Shown here: piece by piece, positions 35,695 to 41,143 of the stretch
Numbering within the stretch: the first letter of the stretch is position 1
How the letters are laid out: the number at the start of each line of letters is the position of its first letter
NCBI GenBank assembly: GCA_964429525.1
Contig: CAYSCK010000001.1
Location: forward strand, 1-41,143
Source: an uncultured Planctomycetia bacterium
Lineage (GTDB): Bacteria > Omnitrophota > Gorgyraeia > Velamenicoccales > Velamenicoccaceae
Reading direction: 5' to 3'
DNA length: 41,143 bases
Program-made: the position numbers and the translations under genes
The notes under the pieces: model-generated
Seen by the model: the letters and a program-made list of their open reading frames with translations, nothing else
Told to the model about the DNA's origin: nothing
Databases searched by the model: none

Positions 35695-36044
35695 CGCAAA
35701 CTCTTGACTAAATTCCTCGCCATTCTGGCGACATGATCAATCTTTTCTAAAATTGTTTCCGCTTGCTTACCGATCAAATATCCAAGCTTACTTGCAATGA
35801 TAACCTGAGTCTCCAATTCAGCACAAGAGCCCAAGGCTATATATAGAAATTGTACATACTCATTGACGTGTTGTCGAGTCTTTCCTTCAGCGATGTTGGA
35901 CGGTATAGAAATAGCCGACCTTCGCATCTGATTAATAATACCATATAATTCTTCTTTAGGGAATTTTCGAGTGGCTACATAAATTTCTTCAACTAATTCA
36001 ATAGCTTTTTTCCAAACATCCAGATCTTTATAACTTTTTATCAT
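35691..36044 (-). CDS. Four-helix-bundle protein (23S rRNA intervening-sequence / Avd-like family)
   Basis: 117 aa, with YKDLDVWKKAIELVEEIY...FPKEELYGIINQMRRSAISIPSNIAEG...ALGSCAELETQ. Confidence 0.85.
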   Translation of the reverse strand: MIKSYKDLDVWKKAIELVEEIYVATRKFPKEELYGIINQMRRSAISIPSNIAEGKTRQHVNEYVQFLYIALGSCAELETQVIIASKLGYLIGKQAETILEKIDHVARMARNLVKSLR

Positions 36045-36053
36045 TCTGTCTTC

Positions 36054-36109
36054 AACCGATAACCGCTAACCGTTCGCCGCTAACCGATCCCTGTTGCCTG
36101 AAACCTGAT
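36054..36109. repeat. Heptamer array, right flank of the four-helix-bundle gene
   Basis: The units are aaccgat aaccgct aaccgtt cgccgct aaccgat ccctgtt gcctgaa acctgat. Confidence 0.85.
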
Positions 36110-36110
36110 T

Positions 36111-39100
36111 TTATCTAAACTCAAACCACGTCTGGACAACGGGCTCTTCTTTCGCAGTGCCTTCCATCATCTGCTGGCTCAAAAGCATAAGCGCTTTGAG
36201 CTCCTGCGTCTTGTTGCGGATATAGTTAAGGTCTTTGGAACGTTCCTCGTTGACGTCATAGAGCTTCTCCAGGTCATAGCCCATGGTCGCGCCCAGCTCA
36301 TGTATTTTCGCGCTCATCTCTTTGAGATTATCAAATACCGAGTTGATCTGGTTGGCGGCTGCTGTAGCATCGGACGTGCCTGCCTTGACCCCTGCCAAAG
36401 CCTCGGCAGCTTTTGTAATATTATCTTCTATGATATTAAACGCTGACGAGAATGCGTCTATCTTGGACTTCATATCGCGCACAGGAGTAACGCTTCCCAG
36501 GACCGCGTTGATATCGCCTGAAACATTCTCTATATCGGTTGACTTGGCGCTTATAACTATGGCATCCTTGACGCCATACGAGGCTTCAGAACAGACTATA
36601 GTATAATCCCCGCGCGGCCATCCTGATGCGAACATAACATCATAACCGTATAGACCCGACGATATCTCTGACATCGGAGCCTCAGCTACGCGCATCGCGT
36701 TATCAGGATCATAGACTGTAATGGTCGGCACAAGCCCAGGATATGTGCGGAACATTATACTTATCGTTGAACCAAGCATTACGATAGATTCCCGGTTCAA
36801 TATCCCTGTCTTCTGCATAGTCTCCAAAGCGCCCGGTATCGTGGTCTCGGCGGCTGTCAGGATCTTGGCTGTCTCTGTCTTGACCGTTCCTATCTGAGTG
36901 CCCAATGTCTGCGTGGCTGCCCCGACCTCAGACGCAACTGTTGCCTTGATGCCGGCAACCTCGGTAGCCACAGCCGCGCTAATCCCCGCTATCTGATTAG
37001 TCAACGCAGTAAGCGTTTGTGATACCGTTATCGTAAATGTGGTGCCGGCAGCATAGGTCGTCGTGGTGCCGCTGGCGCCGCCATAGCCGACTCTGCATTT
37101 TGCATAATAAGTCTTTCCTGCTTCAAAGGCTTTGGTAAAACCGCTGGGCGCAGCGCTGGTCGCGTTGGAAACACTAAACCAATAATTACCCTGGGCGTCG
37201 GCTGTTGTATCTGTTAATGTGCCGATAAGAGTCTCTCCATCATATACTTCTATGGTGGCGATGCCTAAGTTATTTATACCATCTGATATTTTCTGCTGGC
37301 CTCTTCTCTCCAAGCGCTGGGTTATATTCAATACATTATTGATTTCATCATACATAAAATCAGCAATGACCTTATAATCTGCCAAGGATTCGGCAATAGA
37401 AGTCATCAGCGTATTCCAGGTAATATCATTGTTATAGACGCTATCCACGCCATCCTGCGTGGCATCCGCTGTCAAATCTATTGTTGTAGGCACATACGTC
37501 TCTTTTTCCAGAGAGATGGAATATATTCCATAAGGAAGATTAAAATTGTCTTTAAACGGGCTGTTTCCTGTCCATGGACTGCTGTGCGTAGGCACGGTTA
37601 CGACATTGCCATTGCTATCTGTAATCGTCAGGGACACATTGGTTAAACTGCCCAGGGTTACAGAATCTTTTACATTCAAGGTAATGCTGTATTTTTCCAC
37701 TAAAGTAACTGTGCTTGATGCGCTGCTTACGGTAGAACCGGCGGCCGCGGTCAGAGTAACTATCACCGGATAGGTCCCGGCAGTAGAATAAACCGCAAAA
37801 TTATTAAAGGTGGCAACACCTGAAGAGGCAGTTACCGCGTTCGTGCTGGAAGAAGAAGTGGTTATCCCGGCGCTAGGAGTAATAGTAATACTGGCAGAAC
37901 TCGGAGAAACATTGCCGTAGTTATCGCTTACACTGACGGCAAATGCCTTCCACGGAGCATTCGCTACAGCTTTGGCCTCTGGCTGAATATACCAGGATAA
38001 TGCACTGGCAGTTCCACCATTGACTAAAATCTCCAGGTCATCCGCGCCTGCGGTGGTAATTGTGGGAGTGCCGGTTGCAGGATTGGCATTGTGCGCTTTA
38101 ATGGCCGCGCCTTCTGCTTTATAAAGCGTCATCGAGGTACTTGCTACGCCGTTTATAAAGGTAAGTATGGTTTCATCGCCGAACTCGACAAGCGTACCCA
38201 CGTTGTTCGCGCATGTCGGAGCAGTAACAGGGCTGCTGGACGCGTTTGCTCCGGTGAAATAAATACTCTTTGACTGCCCGGGGCTTGCGCCGCCGTAGGC
38301 GGTTACAACATTGTTATACGCATCATGGGCTGTAATCGTAATGGTTGTGCTTCCGCCTGCAGTCAGCGCTGAATCGGATGAAGTCACCTTATATTTGCTC
38401 GCAGTCGCAGGCGAGACGGTCAAGGCGTCTGTTGCATCATCTACGCCGTCTGTGCCGTCCGCGGGGACGGCGTCGGAAACAGTAATTGTCCAACTGCCTG
38501 CCTTTTCATCATAATACCAGAAGTTGGCAGAGCTCTGGCCGCCTAATGTTGTTACCGTAGTAATGTTACTGCCTAAGACAGCGGCGCTCTTAAAAGCCGC
38601 TGCTATACCTGTAGAGTTTGTGGTGAGGTAAAAGGTTTCTGAACCGACGGTCTGAAGGTTGCCGTAGACGTCATACCTTGTAACAGTATAGGCGGCCCTT
38701 GCGCCGCCGGCAGTTATATCCGCCGGCGAGGTTAAGACAAGAGAACTCGTGGTCCCGGAATTAACCGTAACAGACTCAGTGTCGGTAACAATAGGACTAA
38801 CCGTATCAGTAACCGTAACGCTGCGCGTTCCGCTGGTCTTGAAAGTCAGCCCGTTGGTAAACGTGCGCGTTCCCGCATCGCTTGTGATAAATGTATAATT
38901 TGAAGGCAAGGTGGCGCTTGGGTCCGTTGAAGTAAAGGCAACTGTCCCGGTATAAGTCGTGCGGATGTTCCCGTCTGTGTCTCTAATGGTAACGATGATA
39001 TTGCCTGCTGTGCCTGCGATTGCGGGGTTGCTAAGGCCGGTTATCTCAAGCACGGTAGTAAGTATGGTAAAGGTATCATTTGTATCAGCAGCCATAACAT

Positions 39101-41143
39101 TGCCTGCCAAATCCCGCGCATTGGTTACGCTTATCACAGCTGCGCCGTCTCCTGTAGAGGCTGTAATCGCATTGTCATTGTGCACAGTATAAGTATCATT
39201 GGTGTTTGTCGTAGTTGACCATGTCCCTCCTGTGCAAGGCTGGGCAGGTATTGAGCCAACAGGATCATACGTTACTGTGGGAGTAACCGAAGTCTTCATG
39301 GTTTCGCTGAAAAGAAGCGACAACGTCAGGCCCCCCGCGGCAAGAGCGCCGTTAGTATTAGACGGCGTTGCGGTTATTGTTACCGTAGGCAGAGTTGTAT
39401 CCGCGGTGACAGAACCTGTAATCGAGCCTAAACTCGTAATCGCCGTAGAATTGCTTGCAGCGTCGGTAATAGTAAAGTTTATATTATTCGGTGTAACTGC
39501 GCCTGTGTCGCCTGACGCGACTGTAAAGACAATAGTGTCACCTGAAGAGCTTGACGCAGAGGCATCACTGGTTACTGCTGTTGCGATGTTGTTTGCTGTA
39601 GAGGCGCTGGTAACCGAAGCCGTAACTACTTCATTATAGGTAATGGTATATGTTATTGTATCCCCTGCCTTGGCCAGAGTAGGAGTGCTGTTGCTTGAAG
39701 CCACGCTTACAGAGTTAGTAAACGGAGAGGTAGTATCATATGTAACGCTGGTGTTAGACACTGTGATAGCTGTATTACCCGCGAAGTCTGTAGCCGCAAA
39801 TTGAATAGTATATATCGCGCCGTCTGCCAGAGAAGGAGCATTGGTTAGGATTATGCCGGAGTGGGCGCCGGCGCTCAACTCTAAACCTGTCAGGGCTTGG
39901 GCGTGCGGCGAGCCGGCGTCTGCCGCGCCGCCTGTCCTGGTCCAGGTAATTGTGCCTGAGGCGCAAATTTCAGAGAGCGTATAACTCACCCTTGTATTAT
40001 TTACCTTTGTTGAGGCGGCGGGCGCGGTGGAGGAAATAACCGGAGAGATAGTCTCTTTAGACACTGCGTTTGATGTATAAATCTCTGTCGGCGCCGCGGC
40101 ATTGCCGGCAAGGTCTTTGAGTAATCCTGAGCTTGGTAATACGCCGATAAATTTATTATCCGGGATATAAGCACCATCAGTTGCCTCATTCAAAGTAATT
40201 GTTGCAATCTTCTTCGTGCTGTTCCAGGAAACAGTGGCATTGCTAAGCGTAATCGGCACCACGCTTATACCGCCGCCATTATCAGAATAATCTAACCTGA
40301 CAACAGGATTGCCGCTATCCTGTAATTTAGCGTTAGTTAAGGTAGTAATATCCATTACCTCATTAAAAGTAAGGGTAATAGTATCTCCGGCGTTATTCAC
40401 AGAGGCGGCAGCCACGGTGAATGTGGGAGCAACTGTATCGCCGCCAATCGCAGCAACTGTCCAAGCCGCGGCCACGCCGGTATTACCCACCAAATCCCTG
40501 ATATTAGTGAAATTAGGGACTACCTTAATATATTTTCCATTGGGAAGATACGCGCCGTCACTTGCCTCATTTAAAGTTATAATTACAATCTTCTTGGTGG
40601 AATCCAAAGAGGATATAGAAGCATTGGTGGTGGTAATCAGAGTCTCGCCTCCGGCTGTCGCATCATCATCATAATAAACTGTCCAGTTAGTAAGAGTCTG
40701 AGCTACTCCGCTGAAAACCTCATTTGATGTTATGGTAACTGTATCATCTCCTAATGCCATATACTGGGCAGTTACGCCTATTGTCGGCGCAATTACCTCT
40801 TTGTTTACCGCAGAACTATCATAGTATCTGGCGGAAGTTACGCTGTTTCCCGCTAAATCCTTTACTATGTTACTGCCAAAGCTTACGGCAACATATTTTC
40901 CGTCGGGGATATAAGCGCTGTCAGTCGCCTCATTCAGAGTTATGGTAGCTACGGTATTGCCAAAGCTCCAAGCCACTATTGCATTGGCAATGGTTATAGG
41001 CACCTGTCCGCTATTAAATGTATCGTTTGCGTAATTCAAGGTAATATTTGTATCCGCCTGCAATATCGCGTTGGTAATGGTTGTGGCATCCATTGCCTCG
41101 GAAAATGTTATGGCAATTGTGTCTCCTGCGGCATTAACTGAAG
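36111..41143 (-). CDS. Giant repetitive surface protein (S-layer/adhesin-like; more than 1676 aa); the 5' end lies outside the window
   Basis: The frame stays open upstream of the track Met (SVNAAGDTIAITFSEAMDATT), so the start is off-window. It has modules of about 128 aa, each ending ITLNEATDGAYIPD.K......KDLAGN, then Ig-like and carboxypeptidase-regulatory-like segments, and a coiled-coil C-terminus. Confidence 0.8.
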   Translation of the reverse strand, partial: SVNAAGDTIAITFSEAMDATTITNAILQADTNITLNYANDTFNSGQVPITIANAIVAWSFGNTVATITLNEATDSAYIPDGKYVAVSFGSNIVKDLAGNSVTSARYYDSSAVNKEVIAPTIGVTAQYMALGDDTVTITSNEVFSGVAQTLTNWTVYYDDDATAGGETLITTTNASISSLDSTKKIVIITLNEASDGAYLPNGKYIKVVPNFTNIRDLVGNTGVAAAWTVAAIGGDTVAPTFTVAAASVNNAGDTITLTFNEVMDITTLTNAKLQDSGNPVVRLDYSDNGGGISVVPITLSNATVSWNSTKKIATITLNEATDGAYIPDNKFIGVLPSSGLLKDLAGNAAAPTEIYTSNAVSKETISPVISSTAPAASTKVNNTRVSYTLSEICASGTITWTRTGGAADAGSPHAQALTGLELSAGAHSGIILTNAPSLADGAIYTIQFAATDFAGNTAITVSNTSVTYDTTSPFTNSVSVASSNSTPTLAKAGDTITYTITYNEVVTASVTSASTANNIATAVTSDASASSSSGDTIVFTVASGDTGAVTPNNINFTITDAASNSTAITSLGSITGSVTADTTLPTVTITATPSNTNGALAAGGLTLSLLFSETMKTSVTPTVTYDPVGSIPAQPCTGGTWSTTTNTNDTYTVHNDNAITASTGDGAAVISVTNARDLAGNVMAADTNDTFTILTTVLEITGLSNPAIAGTAGNIIVTIRDTDGNIRTTYTGTVAFTSTDPSATLPSNYTFITSDAGTRTFTNGLTFKTSGTRSVTVTDTVSPIVTDTESVTVNSGTTSSLVLTSPADITAGGARAAYTVTRYDVYGNLQTVGSETFYLTTNSTGIAAAFKSAAVLGSNITTVTTLGGQSSANFWYYDEKAGSWTITVSDAVPADGTDGVDDATDALTVSPATASKYKVTSSDSALTAGGSTTITITAHDAYNNVVTAYGGASPGQSKSIYFTGANASSSPVTAPTCANNVGTLVEFGDETILTFINGVASTSMTLYKAEGAAIKAHNANPATGTPTITTAGADDLEILVNGGTASALSWYIQPEAKAVANAPWKAFAVSVSDNYGNVSPSSASITITPSAGITTSSSSTNAVTASSGVATFNNFAVYSTAGTYPVIVTLTAAAGSTVSSASSTVTLVEKYSITLNVKDSVTLGSLTNVSLTITDSNGNVVTVPTHSSPWTGNSPFKDNFNLPYGIYSISLEKETYVPTTIDLTADATQDGVDSVYNNDITWNTLMTSIAESLADYKVIADFMYDEINNVLNITQRLERRGQQKISDGINNLGIATIEVYDGETLIGTLTDTTADAQGNYWFSVSNATSAAPSGFTKAFEAGKTYYAKCRVGYGGASGTTTTYAAGTTFTITVSQTLTALTNQIAGISAAVATEVAGIKATVASEVGAATQTLGTQIGTVKTETAKILTAAETTIPGALETMQKTGILNRESIVMLGSTISIMFRTYPGLVPTITVYDPDNAMRVAEAPMSEISSGLYGYDVMFASGWPRGDYTIVCSEASYGVKDAIVISAKSTDIENVSGDINAVLGSVTPVRDMKSKIDAFSSAFNIIEDNITKAAEALAGVKAGTSDATAAANQINSVFDNLKEMSAKIHELGATMGYDLEKLYDVNEERSKDLNYIRNKTQELKALMLLSQQMMEGTAKEEPVVQTWFEFR

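Noticed and set aside
7927-36109. Short-period repeat arrays as CRISPR arrays
   Set aside because: The period is 7-8 nt with no spacers and no repeats of 24-40 nt. No cas genes are present.
35691-41143. Diversity-generating retroelement (Avd-like four-helix-bundle gene next to a large surface protein)
   Set aside because: There is no reverse transcriptase anywhere in the window. Only 32 nt lie downstream of the Avd-like gene, so there is no room for a template repeat. The C-terminus of the giant protein is coiled-coil and not lectin-like.

Overview
This is 41.1 kb of bacterial chromosome, probably from an uncultivated lineage. The gene content and the many secreted YLK-N/D-GK proteins suggest a PVC/Omnitrophota-like organism, but that is a low-confidence guess. 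Every convincing gene lies on the minus strand, and the plus-strand ORFs in the track are shadow ORFs. In the direction of transcription (right to left) the window contains: (1) a giant Ig-repeat surface protein that runs off the right edge; (2) a four-helix-bundle (23S-IVS/Avd-type) gene bracketed by inverted heptamer arrays; (3) several secreted or lipoprotein genes; (4) a rubrerythrin-like gene; (5) glmS coupled to a DUF5674 pair; (6) rsmI; (7) a GT-C membrane protein; (8) a complete pyrimidine cluster, pyrR-pyrB-pyrC-tRNA(Arg)-x-carA-carB-x-pyrK-TSUP-pyrD-pyrF. The pyrF stop overlaps the start of a V-type ATPase operon (E-DUF2764-A-B-D-I-K), which is followed by tRNA-Val and tRNA-Asp. Next comes an AT-rich islet with a frameshifted DUF3800 gene and an AbiGi-like gene, then a TPR/GT-C membrane protein, a membrane protein, crcB plus DUF190, small secreted proteins, and the start of a flavin-reductase-like gene. 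The best candidate for something new is the tRNA-Asp-associated AbiGi-like/DUF3800 islet. It contains a near-consensus plus-strand promoter and terminator that would make a roughly 70-nt RNA between the two genes. Other non-standard signals are a dispersed family of degenerate heptamer tandem repeats in intergenic spacers, two long imperfect palindromes inside operons, a duplicated promoter/leader with a covarying hairpin, a decayed LOG/TIGR00725-like pseudogene, and a 52-bp duplication joining the pyrC 3' end to the tRNA-Arg 5' end. No CRISPR array, integrase, transposase or reverse transcriptase is visible. All family assignments come from remembered motifs, not from searches.
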